Below, piece by piece: positions 42,740-52,074 of a stretch of 55,452 nt of DNA. Source of the DNA: a virus (taxonomy: Duplodnaviria; Caudoviricetes). The DNA is taken from positions 1 through 55,452 of IMG/VR virus record IMGVR_UViG_3300021408_000080, one strand, 5' to 3'. The notes under the pieces are model-generated. The model saw nothing but the letters and a program-made list of their open reading frames with translations, was not told the DNA's origin and did not search any database. Both the position numbers and the translations under genes were made by a program. Within the stretch, counting starts at the first letter, position 1, and every line of letters starts with the position of its first letter.

Positions 42740-44038
42740 ATGGCCCGCGCAGCTGCACCCAAGACCACCAGTGTGATCACCGAAGACGACGGCGATGACG
42801 GCGAAAGCCGTGAAGTCGTGGTCGATAGCGATGCGAGACTCTCCGCCCCGGCGCAGCCGACCCTGAAGAACATCCAGCAGGCCGCTGACGACCAGTTCGA
42901 GGCGCTTGAGGTCGACGACAAGGGCCGTCCGCTCAACCCAGCCACCAGGCGCGGGGACGAGCAGGATGGTGACGAACCGCAAGATGGCGACGACGAGCGC
43001 GAAGCCACGCTTTCGGAAGAGGACCAGGGCCGCGGCGAGCACGACGAACCGCTCATCAACGGCAAGGGGCAGCGCTGGGAAAGCCGCTCTTCACGCCGTG
43101 AGCGCCAGCGCCAGGCCCGCGCCCGCAAGGACAAAGAGAACGAGGATCTCAAGGCGGAGATCCGGCGCCTACGGGCTCACCAGGACGAGACCGAGCCGCG
43201 CCTCGCTCACATCGAGAAGCGATTCTCCAAGGAAGCCGCCACCAACCTTGAGAACAAGGTCACCTCCGCCACTGCCGAGCTTGACGCCGCCGCGCGAAAC
43301 CTCGCCAAGGCGCTCCGCGAAGGCGATGAAGATGCCGTTACCACGGCGCTCAACACCCGCGACATGGCCTTCGTCAACAAGATGCAGGCCGAGGGCGCCC
43401 GCGATCACTACAAGCGCACCACCGGCGCGACTGAGGATGACGACGACCGCGACGACCGGCGCGACGCTCGCAAGGACCGCGAGCCCGACGACCGCCGCCG
43501 GGACGCAGCCCCCGTAGCGCTCTCCCGCAAGGGCCGCACGCGCGTAGACGAGTTCTGCGCGAAGCACGATTGGTTCGACCCCCACGGTGGGGACGAAGAC
43601 TCCCAGCTGACCCTCTTCATCGACGGTCAGGTCCGCAAGGCCGGGTTCAACCCCGAGAACGACGACTATTGGGAAGAGCTCGAGGAGCGCCTCTCCGCGC
43701 GCATGCCCGACAAGTTCGGGGATGGCGAGGAAGAGGACGAACGCGAAACCCGCCGCCCAGCCAAGCGCCAGGCCAATGGCCACGCGAATGGCGAAGCAAG
43801 ACGCCCAGCCCCAGCGGCCCAGCCGCAACGCCGCGGTCCGATGACCAGTGGCGCTGCCGAGCAGCGCGGCTCCGGCGGTGGCAAGAACCAAGTCAGGGTC
43901 ACCCCTGAACGCAAGAAAGCACTCATCGATGCTGGTGTCGTCCAAGCCGACGGCACGATCGCTGACGCCCCGAAGTTCCAGCGCATGCTCCGGCAGTATG
44001 CGGATTTTGACCGCACTCACGGTCTGATGAAAGCTTGA
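42740..44038 (+). CDS. Capsid scaffolding-like protein
   Basis: Acidic N-terminus, coiled coil, HDWFDP...DYWEELEERL, KNQVRVTPER; upstream of capsid genes. Confidence 0.7.
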   Translation: MARAAAPKTTSVITEDDGDDGESREVVVDSDARLSAPAQPTLKNIQQAADDQFEALEVDDKGRPLNPATRRGDEQDGDEPQDGDDEREATLSEEDQGRGEHDEPLINGKGQRWESRSSRRERQRQARARKDKENEDLKAEIRRLRAHQDETEPRLAHIEKRFSKEAATNLENKVTSATAELDAAARNLAKALREGDEDAVTTALNTRDMAFVNKMQAEGARDHYKRTTGATEDDDDRDDRRDARKDREPDDRRRDAAPVALSRKGRTRVDEFCAKHDWFDPHGGDEDSQLTLFIDGQVRKAGFNPENDDYWEELEERLSARMPDKFGDGEEEDERETRRPAKRQANGHANGEARRPAPAAQPQRRGPMTSGAAEQRGSGGGKNQVRVTPERKKALIDAGVVQADGTIADAPKFQRMLRQYADFDRTHGLMKA

Positions 44039-44049
44039 GGACTCAGTCC

Positions 44050-44685
44050 ATGGCCGCGAAACAGAACACGGAATCGAGCCTGGCAGACAACGACGGCGTG
44101 CCCAAGAGCGCGCGCGCCCGTCAAAGGTCTACCGCCGCGAAAGCGGATGCCGACCGTGAGACGTCACGCGATGACCAGGATGACGGTCGCGATACAGACC
44201 ACAACGAGCGGGACATCAAGAATCAAGACCGGGAACTGTCCGAGGACGAACGCTTCGCCCTCTTCCAGTCCTCGATCGTGCAATCGGTCCTACCGAACCT
44301 TCCACCAATGCCGGGTTACCATCTTTGTTGGCTGACGACGAACAACCCCCGAGACAGCATCGCGATGCGAGTCCGCCTGGGCTACGAGCTCATTTCGCAG
44401 GACATGATCGCGGGCTGGAGAGGCGAAAGCCTCAAGTCCGGGGAATACAAGGGCGTCATCAGCGTGAACGAAATGGTCGCGGCGCGAATCTCTCTCCGCC
44501 TCTACAATCGCTACATGGCTGAGGTCCACGACACGCTCCCCAGAGCCGAAGAAGAAAAGCTCAGGGCCGTCGTCTCAACCCTCAAAGATCAAGCGCAGAC
44601 AGTGGGGACCAGAATCGCAGAAGAAGGCGATGGTACGGCCGATATCGTCCAACGGGCGCGGCCAATGCCGGAGTTCTCCGTCTAA
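44050..44685 (+). CDS. Phage head-module protein
   Basis: LPPMPGYHLCWL...RVRLGYELI; position between scaffold and capsid genes. Confidence 0.7.
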   Translation: MAAKQNTESSLADNDGVPKSARARQRSTAAKADADRETSRDDQDDGRDTDHNERDIKNQDRELSEDERFALFQSSIVQSVLPNLPPMPGYHLCWLTTNNPRDSIAMRVRLGYELISQDMIAGWRGESLKSGEYKGVISVNEMVAARISLRLYNRYMAEVHDTLPRAEEEKLRAVVSTLKDQAQTVGTRIAEEGDGTADIVQRARPMPEFSV

Positions 44686-44744
44686 CCGGAAGCTCCAAAC
44701 CTTGTTCGCGCCCACGGTGAAACATCGAGCCGTGGGAGACCACA

Positions 44745-45341
44745 ATGAGTGCAACTGCAAGGCCATATGGGCTCAGGCCCATCAGCGACTTTTCGGGCAC
44801 AGTTCGGCCGCTCGTCATGAAAAACGGGATCGCGTCCGGCTTGGCCGCCAATCTCTTCAAGTATCAGGCCGTCATGCTTGATGCGACGAACGGGACCATC
44901 ACCCCGGTCACCGCGACAACCGACAAGATCTACGGCGTCTTCATGGGCGTCGAATACACGCCAACGGGCCAACGCCCGGTGGTGGCGGACTTCTGGCCGT
45001 CTGGCTCCACCTATGTGGCGGGTCTCGACAAGATGGAGGTCTGCATCTGCCCGGCATGGGTGGACAACATGCGCTTCCAGATCCAGGCCGATGGTTCGGT
45101 TCCGCAGTCCGCCTACGGTGCGCAGTTCAACCTCTCGAACTTCGCGGCCGGCAGCACCTTCACCGGCCTCTCGGCCATGACGGCAGCTGCAACGCCGATC
45201 GCGGCCGCCTCGCAGGGCCAGCTGCAACTGATCGAGTTCGGGGAAGACATCGACAACAATGTTGGCGACGCCTTCACGGACCTGATCGTTGCGATCAGCT
45301 ACCCGCAAGCCGTGTCCGGCTTCCAGACGTCACCAGGCTAA
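44745..45341 (+). CDS. Virion protein (capsid decoration-like)
   Basis: MSATARPYGLRP...GVFMGVEYT; beta-rich; directly before MCP. Confidence 0.7.
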   Translation: MSATARPYGLRPISDFSGTVRPLVMKNGIASGLAANLFKYQAVMLDATNGTITPVTATTDKIYGVFMGVEYTPTGQRPVVADFWPSGSTYVAGLDKMEVCICPAWVDNMRFQIQADGSVPQSAYGAQFNLSNFAAGSTFTGLSAMTAAATPIAAASQGQLQLIEFGEDIDNNVGDAFTDLIVAISYPQAVSGFQTSPG

Positions 45342-45414
45342 GGAGAGCCCTGACCAGTTTCGGGGGAGCCTTGCGGTTCCTTCGCCTGCTGACCAGAACT
45401 TGAAGGAGAGTCCA

Positions 45415-46329
45415 ATGTCTATCGCAATGAGGTCTACAGACTTCAGGGCAATCGTCGAGCCGATCCTCAACGAGGAATTCGACGGTCTTTACGAGCAGCG
45501 CGCCGACGAATGGAAGGGTCCGTTCAAGGAAATCACCGGCACGCCACGTAACTATCATGAAGAACCTGTCCTGTTTGGTTTTGGAGCCGCCCCCGAGATT
45601 CCTGACGGGATGCCGGTCTCATACCAACAGGGCGGAACGCTCTTCATCAAGCGCTACCAGTATCGCGTATTCGGGTTGGCGTTCGCGCTCACCCAGATCC
45701 TGGTGGAAGACGGCGACCACATCCGCATCGGCCAGATCTACTCGCGCCACCTGGCGCAGTCCCTGATCGAAACGAAGGAAACGCTGACGGCGAACATCCT
45801 TAACCGGGCGTTCAACGGCTCGTTCCCGGGCGGCGACGGCGTCTCGCTTGTCTCGACTGCCCACCCGATCGCCAACGGCACGTTCAGCAATCAGCTTGCT
45901 ACCGCCGCGGTGCTCTCGCAGACCAGCCTCGAGCAAATGCTCATCCAGGTCCGCGGCGCCGTCGACAACAACGGCAAGAAGATCCGGCTGATGCCGCGCG
46001 CCATCACCTGCTCGCCCTCGAACGTCTTCCAGGCCGAGACCATCCTGAAGTCTGCGCTTCGCACCGGCACTGCAAATAACGACATCAACCCAATCAAAAG
46101 TATGCAGCTGCTGACCGAGGGCCAGTACAACATGAGCCGTCTGACCTCCACCACGGCGTGGTGGGTCAACACGAACGCTCCTGAAGGTCTGAAGCTCGTC
46201 AAGCGCCGTGGTCTGAAGCGCTCCATGGAAGGCGACTTCGAGACCGACACCGCCCGCTACAAGGCGACGGAACGGTACATCCCGGGTTGGACCGATCCAC
46301 GCACTGTGTTCGGAACGGCCGGTCTCTAA
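45415..46329 (+). CDS. Major capsid protein
   Basis: AAGGAG RBS; 304 aa; EEPVLFGFGAAP, ANILNRAF..GGDGVSL.STAHP, MEGDFETD..RYKATERY..GWTDPR. Confidence 0.9.
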   Translation: MSIAMRSTDFRAIVEPILNEEFDGLYEQRADEWKGPFKEITGTPRNYHEEPVLFGFGAAPEIPDGMPVSYQQGGTLFIKRYQYRVFGLAFALTQILVEDGDHIRIGQIYSRHLAQSLIETKETLTANILNRAFNGSFPGGDGVSLVSTAHPIANGTFSNQLATAAVLSQTSLEQMLIQVRGAVDNNGKKIRLMPRAITCSPSNVFQAETILKSALRTGTANNDINPIKSMQLLTEGQYNMSRLTSTTAWWVNTNAPEGLKLVKRRGLKRSMEGDFETDTARYKATERYIPGWTDPRTVFGTAGL

Positions 46330-46342
46330 CCGAGGCCTTTTT

Positions 46343-46387
46343 CGGCTCCCCTGGCGTGGCGTCTAAATGGGCGTCACGCCAGAGCCG
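46343..46387 (+). other. Stable hairpin after MCP (mRNA stability/attenuation element)
   Basis: CTGGCGTGGCGTC/GGCGTCACGCCAG with outer CGGCTC/GAGCCG; no U-tract. Confidence 0.5.
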
Positions 46388-46402
46388 CACAGGAGAACAG
46401 TC

Positions 46403-47134
46403 ATGCACAGTCCAGACGACCTGCACATCGGCGGTGGCCGCGGCCAAGGTGGCCCGTTCTTCCTCCCTGGTTTTAGGTTGAACGCAGGCGTTGGCCCGCT
46501 CGCCCGCGTCTACATCTACGACATCATCCCGGTCACGTTGGGGGCGGCGCTTCTCGCAGTGCTGCAAGCTCAGACTGCGGCTGTCGCGCTTACCCTGGCC
46601 GCCGGCGCCGGCGTCACCACGGAAATCGTCAATGGCGAGACCCGGTACGTGCTCGACGTGCCGCGAACCGTCTCTCTCACTTCCGGCGGCGTCCTCTCGG
46701 CCGGCACGTTCACCATCGTCGGATACGACGTCTACGGCCAACGGATGACCCAGACGCTCGCGGGCCCGGCCACCAACACGGTCAACACCCTGAAGGCGTT
46801 CAAGTCGATCGTATCGGTCACCCCGAACACGACCAGCGCCACCACGGTCTCGATCGGCATTGGCGACACCTTCGGCCTGCCGTTCGCGATCTCCGACGTT
46901 GGCTATGTCCAAGCGGTGAAGTGGGCGCAGACGCTCGCTCCGGACGCCGGAACCTTCGTGGCGGCGGTTGCGACCGATCCGAACACGGCCGCCCTTGGCG
47001 ACGTGCGCGGGACGTACCTGCCATCCTCGGCCTCCAACGGCACCAGGCGCTTGGTCATGAGCCTGGCGCTGAAGGACGTCCAGGTTAGCGCTGGCGCAAC
47101 GCTGCGCGGCGCGATCGGCGTGGTCCCGGCCTAA
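46403..47134 (+). CDS. Virion structural protein
   Basis: AGGAG RBS; LDVPRTVS...GYDVYGQRMTQT...KAFKSI...GDVRGTYLPSSASNG. Confidence 0.75.
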   Translation: MHSPDDLHIGGGRGQGGPFFLPGFRLNAGVGPLARVYIYDIIPVTLGAALLAVLQAQTAAVALTLAAGAGVTTEIVNGETRYVLDVPRTVSLTSGGVLSAGTFTIVGYDVYGQRMTQTLAGPATNTVNTLKAFKSIVSVTPNTTSATTVSIGIGDTFGLPFAISDVGYVQAVKWAQTLAPDAGTFVAAVATDPNTAALGDVRGTYLPSSASNGTRRLVMSLALKDVQVSAGATLRGAIGVVPA

Positions 47135-47166
47135 ACCCTTTGTTGAGAGAGACGAGGAGAGTCCAA

Positions 47167-47529
47167 ATGGCAAAGACGACAGTGAAGGACCGGATGCTGG
47201 CCCACATCGGCCGCCGGATCACTCAAGCCCTCAAGAAGCAGCCCTATCGCGGTGCGCCGAGCTTTGACGACGTCAAGGTGGCAATCGTCGCCGCTTTCGC
47301 AGCGGCCAGCGAAGATCCTGACCAAGTCGAGGCGCAGGAAAGGGCCAAACTGCCGCCGCCCCTGCCTGCTCCGGTTCGGCCCACAAGCCTGCCGAGCTCT
47401 CCCCGGGTGAAAGGCGGCGTCGGCGCCAAAGGCACCACCGGCGGCGCTGGCGTGACGCGATCGATCCCGCGGAACATCCCGCGTCTCCCGCCCAACCCAA
47501 GTCCGGCACGTCCCCCGGCAAAGCCATAA
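47167..47529 (+). CDS. Hypothetical Pro-rich protein
   Basis: GAGGAG RBS. Confidence 0.6.
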   Translation: MAKTTVKDRMLAHIGRRITQALKKQPYRGAPSFDDVKVAIVAAFAAASEDPDQVEAQERAKLPPPLPAPVRPTSLPSSPRVKGGVGAKGTTGGAGVTRSIPRNIPRLPPNPSPARPPAKP

Positions 47530-47541
47530 GCGGAGGACCCA

Positions 47542-47883
47542 ATGCGGCCGGTTACACTGACGCTGCAAGGTACTGGCGTCGGGGTGCTGAATAGCGCCCC
47601 GTGCCCGATGGACATCTACAAGAGCCCGTTCAATGTCGGCATGGGCTTCAACACGGGCGGCGCCACGACCGCGTTTACGGTCCAGCACAGCTTCGAAGAC
47701 CCGGCGAGCTACGCCTCGGCGGCGCTCTACAACGCCAATGCCAAATGGTTCGACCATCCGTTCATGGCCGCCATGGTGGCCGACGAGGACGGCAACTATG
47801 CCTTCCCCGTGCGCGCCATTCGGCTTCAAGCCAGCGCCTCGGGCACCGACACCGCAACGCTCACCATCATCCAGGCGGGCTAG
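47542..47883 (+). CDS. Small beta-rich virion protein (spike base-like)
   Basis: GGAGG RBS; FTVQHSFED...GNYAFPVRAIRL...TLTIIQAG. Confidence 0.7.
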   Translation: MRPVTLTLQGTGVGVLNSAPCPMDIYKSPFNVGMGFNTGGATTAFTVQHSFEDPASYASAALYNANAKWFDHPFMAAMVADEDGNYAFPVRAIRLQASASGTDTATLTIIQAG

Positions 47884-47886
47884 TTA

Positions 47887-50100
47887 ATGGCCGGCGTGTC
47901 TCTCTTCGCCGGAGTCTCCCAGGTGCCCGGTGTGGTCTTCGGCGAGGGCGTGAGCCAATCAGCCGGGGTCACGCTCGGTGGGATGGGCCTCCCAGGTGTG
48001 CCGTTCGGCAACTCGACGGTCGTGCGCAACTCCGTGGGATATGCCGAGACTGCCGCTGGGGCCCTGGTTTCGTTCCCGATCAACACGAAACGGCAGACCG
48101 ATCTCGGGCTTCTGGTCGAGGGGCCAAGGACCAATCTCCTGACGTTCTCTCAGGCCTTCAGCAATGCCGCGTGGGTTAGCGGCGCGACGCAACTCACCAT
48201 TACGGACAACAACGCGGTCGGCCCTGACGGCACAATGACCGCAAGTCGCTGGGCGAACACGTCGACCTCCAACGCTCATCGCGCGCGGCAGGATAATCTC
48301 TCCGTCACGAACGGGTCGAGATATACGCTGTGGTGCATCGTCAGGATGGGGACGCACCGCTATCTCCAACTTGTTCCGTCGAGCGTTGGTTTCGCAGCAG
48401 GCCTCTATGCAAATTATGATTTGCAAAACGGCGTTGTGACCGCGGTTGGAACTGGCCAATCCCTTTTCAGTTCCGACATCGGCATCACGTCCTTAACCGG
48501 CGGCTACTATCTCTGCTGGCTGACGGTAACGGCGAATCTCACGACGGCCGTTTCAAACGCCGCGTTTAGCTTGCAGAACAGTCCTACGGCCTCGCAGCTG
48601 AACGCCTATGCTGGGACCGCGACCACGGTCTTTGTGTGGGCCGCCGGCGTGGCGCCTGGATTGGTCTCAGCCGTGCCGGTTCTCACGGTGGCTTCGGCGG
48701 TCACGACGGCGGCGGATGTCGTCACCTATGCGCGGACGGGAACGCCAGCTGGAACGGTCGTTATCGAGGCTATCGCCCCACTCACCAACGCTGTGGCGAA
48801 CGTCCTCTGGGAGTGGCACGACGCCTCGGAGAACAATCGTCACCGGATCGAGCGCAACACGAGCCGGGAGGTCCACTACATCGTCACCTCTGGCGGCGTT
48901 GGCGTTGTCGATCTGAATCTCGGTATCGCGGTGAACGGCGGCAGCTTCAAGGTCGCTGCGGCATGGGCGCTGAACGATTATGCCGCCTCGCTGAACGGGG
49001 AGGCGTGCCTGACGGATGCCGCGGGGGCGCTTCCTGTCGGGCTCACCACAATCCAGTTCGGCGGGGACAGTGCCGGCAACTACTTGGGCTCCTATATCGC
49101 GTCCGCGCTCATCTACGCGGCGCGTCAGTCAAACGCAGAGCTTGAGGCAGATGCGCTCTATCCGCCGGCGCCGCCGCCACTGCCTGCGGTCAAGTCAATC
49201 CTCATCGATGCCGACGACGATTCCGACATTGACGACGCGATCGACTCGCTGACTGCCCTCGCGCTTGAAAAGGGCGGAGAGTGCACCCTGCCTGGGTATT
49301 GCGTGACGTCGTCCAACGCCGGGGCTGCTGGATGCCAATATGCCTTCCTGAACTTTTACGGCCGGACGGCCATCCCAATGGGGCAAAACGTCAACGATCT
49401 CGGGACGTCGACCAGCGTATATATCGCCCCTGTGATCGCGAACTACGGCGTTGCCGGACACGTGACGGCGGCCGACTTTGAGTACGGGGTCCAGACCTAT
49501 CGGCGCACCCTTTGGGACGCGCCGGACGGAAGCGTCCCGATTATCGTCACCGGCGGCGGCTCGACTCTCGCGCTCACGGCGAGAACGGGGCGCACTGCGG
49601 CCGTGCCCCTGAACGGCGTGGACCTCATAAATCGCAAGGCGAAGGAAATCTGGATCGTCGCCGGCAACTGGCCGTCCGGCGCTGGCGTCTCGGATATGAC
49701 CAACACGCGCCTTGCCTACCAATGGGTTTTCGACAACCTCAACGTGCCGATCATGATCTTCGGCGTCGATCAGGTCGGAGCGATCAATACCGGCGGGAAT
49801 GTGATGGTTGGGCTTGCGGCGAACAATCCTGTTCGGTTCGCCTGGGAGACGTATTTCGGAGGATCGAACCCGGCCAACACACGCCCCGGCTGGGCGCAAC
49901 CTGCCATCCTCGCCGCGGTGCGTGGCATGTCAGGGCTTCTTAGCATCACGGGCGCGAACGGTTACGCGACCGTCAGTCCGACCACTGGCGCCACGCAGTG
50001 GAACGCGACGCCGAACCGGAAGCACAACTATCTCGGCAAGGTCATGTCGGACGCGAACTTCGTGACGACAATCAATGCACTGATCGCGCCCGGCCCATGA
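47887..50100 (+). CDS. Spike/fibre-like protein with lectin-like domains and C-terminal nucleoside-hydrolase-like domain
   Basis: GLLVEGPRTNLL..PDGTMTA; LamG-like segment; Pro linker; ILIDADDDSDIDDA...FYGRTAIPMG...YRRTL..PDGSVPIIVTG...RPGWAQPAILAAVRG. Confidence 0.75.
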   Translation: MAGVSLFAGVSQVPGVVFGEGVSQSAGVTLGGMGLPGVPFGNSTVVRNSVGYAETAAGALVSFPINTKRQTDLGLLVEGPRTNLLTFSQAFSNAAWVSGATQLTITDNNAVGPDGTMTASRWANTSTSNAHRARQDNLSVTNGSRYTLWCIVRMGTHRYLQLVPSSVGFAAGLYANYDLQNGVVTAVGTGQSLFSSDIGITSLTGGYYLCWLTVTANLTTAVSNAAFSLQNSPTASQLNAYAGTATTVFVWAAGVAPGLVSAVPVLTVASAVTTAADVVTYARTGTPAGTVVIEAIAPLTNAVANVLWEWHDASENNRHRIERNTSREVHYIVTSGGVGVVDLNLGIAVNGGSFKVAAAWALNDYAASLNGEACLTDAAGALPVGLTTIQFGGDSAGNYLGSYIASALIYAARQSNAELEADALYPPAPPPLPAVKSILIDADDDSDIDDAIDSLTALALEKGGECTLPGYCVTSSNAGAAGCQYAFLNFYGRTAIPMGQNVNDLGTSTSVYIAPVIANYGVAGHVTAADFEYGVQTYRRTLWDAPDGSVPIIVTGGGSTLALTARTGRTAAVPLNGVDLINRKAKEIWIVAGNWPSGAGVSDMTNTRLAYQWVFDNLNVPIMIFGVDQVGAINTGGNVMVGLAANNPVRFAWETYFGGSNPANTRPGWAQPAILAAVRGMSGLLSITGANGYATVSPTTGATQWNATPNRKHNYLGKVMSDANFVTTINALIAPGP

Positions 50101-50146
50101 GCGACGAGAATCACGTTAAACTGACTTCGATGAGAGGACCGACCCA

Positions 50147-51319
50147 ATGAGCAAGACGCTTCGTTACCTGCCCGAGGGCAAGGACTTCGGCGGCGATGCC
50201 TTCGACAACAAGCACGTCTTCACCCCGTCCGGACATCGGCCGGAGGTCTTCAGCGGCGCGAAGGGCTACGCCAAAGGCGGCACGGTCACCACCACGCCGG
50301 TCGAGACGAACAGGCAACTCAATCCCTCGACCGATCCGACGTCGGCCAAGGCGAAGGCGGACAACACCGCAGAGGCCAACTGGCGCAAAAGCGGCGGCTA
50401 CGGCTTCAAGAAGGGCGGCAAGGTCAACAAGGGTGACCGCAACGCAGGCCTGATGCGCGCCGCACAGGCGGCGAAAGCGGGACGCGGGCCGCTGAAGCTC
50501 GCGGAGGGCGGATCGGTCAACAAGAAGATCGGGACCAAGATCGGGCCCAAAGCGCCATCGATCACCGACCGGTTGTTCGGCACGCTCAAGAAGATCCACC
50601 CGCTCACGGGGGCAATGGACAAGATCAACGACGCGCTGACGGGCAACAAGTCCTCGTCCGGCACGAAGTTCGGCCGCGCCGATACCGGCAAAGCCTTCAA
50701 GAAGGGCGGCAGGGTCAAGAAGTATGCGATCGGCGGCCAGATCACGCCGATGCAGCCAGGCGCCCTGGCGATGGCGAGGCCGGCGGCGATGGAACGACCG
50801 CTGCCCATGGACCGGCCGTCGCCGATGGCTGCGCCAACGCCGCTCAACCCGCAGACGTTCGGCGGCACGGGCACCAGGGATCTCGGCAGGCTTCCCGGCG
50901 CACAGCCTGGTCCGGGCATGCCCACCCAGACGCAACTGCCCCCGGCGGTGCAGACGGCCGGTCAGAACCTCGGCAACATGGCGGGCAAAGTCATCGCCAA
51001 GCGGCTCATGGGTGGTAAGGGCGGCAACAACGTGTTCAAGGGCTTCGCCAAGGGCGGCAAGGTCGGCGGCGAGAAGACCATGGTCCGCAAAGGCGTCCAC
51101 CAGCACGAGCGCGCGATGCACAAGGGCAAGTCCGTCACACCGCTGAAGTTCAATGCGGGCGGCGGCGTGGCCATGGGCCTGGGCGGTCTTGGCGGCGGCG
51201 GCGTCGATCCCAACCAGGTCTTGCAGAACATGACCACCATGGGCGCTAATACGACCATGGGCGGCAATGGGATGCAGCCAATCACCACGCTCAAGCGTGG
51301 AGGCAAGGTCAAACGATGA
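50147..51319 (+). CDS. Low-complexity basic protein with eight [FYL]xxGGx[VI] motifs
   Basis: YAKGGTV, FKKGGKV, LAEGGSV, FKKGGRV, YAIGGQI, FAKGGKV, FNAGGGV, LKRGGKV. Confidence 0.8.
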   Translation: MSKTLRYLPEGKDFGGDAFDNKHVFTPSGHRPEVFSGAKGYAKGGTVTTTPVETNRQLNPSTDPTSAKAKADNTAEANWRKSGGYGFKKGGKVNKGDRNAGLMRAAQAAKAGRGPLKLAEGGSVNKKIGTKIGPKAPSITDRLFGTLKKIHPLTGAMDKINDALTGNKSSSGTKFGRADTGKAFKKGGRVKKYAIGGQITPMQPGALAMARPAAMERPLPMDRPSPMAAPTPLNPQTFGGTGTRDLGRLPGAQPGPGMPTQTQLPPAVQTAGQNLGNMAGKVIAKRLMGGKGGNNVFKGFAKGGKVGGEKTMVRKGVHQHERAMHKGKSVTPLKFNAGGGVAMGLGGLGGGGVDPNQVLQNMTTMGANTTMGGNGMQPITTLKRGGKVKR

Positions 51320-51534
51320 AAACGGAAGTTATGCGGGCTCAGCGTCAGGCGCTTGATGAATGGGCCCGCATGTACGAAGCCGACGGCACCGAGGGTAGCG
51401 CCTCGGTCGCGTTCTTCCTGGGCAAGGCGTCTCGACAGATCGGGCGCATCTTGGAGGACCCGAACGTGCCCGACGAGCCGTTGCCAGCCGAACCGGTCAC
51501 CGAGCATCCGCGCGCGGACGACACAATCGACTGA
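51316..51534 (+). CDS. Hypothetical protein
   Basis: ATGA-coupled. Confidence 0.55.
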   Translation: MKTEVMRAQRQALDEWARMYEADGTEGSASVAFFLGKASRQIGRILEDPNVPDEPLPAEPVTEHPRADDTID

Positions 51535-51602
51535 ACCCGTGTTAGAGTGAGTCCTGGGTCGGCGCGTTGCCCGCTGGCTGGTCGCAATCAGGAGATCAGC
51601 CA

Positions 51603-52070
51603 ATGCCCATGAAGTCTCGTGCGCAGAACCGTTTCATGCACGCCGCGGCCGCGGACCCCGAGGTCGCCGAACGCCTGAAGATCAAGCCCAAAGTCGCCAA
51701 GAAGTTCGTGAAGGAGAGCCGCGGCCAGAAGGTCAGCCGGCTCCCCGAGCGCAAGGTCCAGAAGCTCGCCAAGGGCGGGCGCGTGAAGGACAGCCCTATC
51801 GATCCGCAGAAGCGGGATATGAACCGTATCGAGACGCAGAACTATGACGTGCTGCGCACCGGCAAGAAGAAGTTCAGGCCGGATGAGGCGCGCGAATATG
51901 CAACCAGCCCCAGTGGGCGGTTGCCAATGGTTGACGAGCGTGAAGAGCCTGCCGCGCGCTCGGATATCAAGATCCTCGGGACTCGCAAAAGCTTCGATGA
52001 TCTGAAGCAACGGCAGCAATACGCCCAGGGCGGCACGGTCAAAGCCGACAAGCCGTCCTGCAAGTGGTGA
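51603..52070 (+). CDS. Basic virion-module protein with two GG motifs
   Basis: AGGAG RBS; MPMKSRAQNRFMHAAAADP; LAKGGRV, YAQGGTV. Confidence 0.75.
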   Translation: MPMKSRAQNRFMHAAAADPEVAERLKIKPKVAKKFVKESRGQKVSRLPERKVQKLAKGGRVKDSPIDPQKRDMNRIETQNYDVLRTGKKKFRPDEAREYATSPSGRLPMVDEREEPAARSDIKILGTRKSFDDLKQRQQYAQGGTVKADKPSCKW

Positions 52071-52074
52071 TCTG

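Noticed and set aside
43430-43510. GACGACCGC-type repeats in the scaffold gene
   Set aside because: Explained by a low-complexity Asp/Arg protein linker
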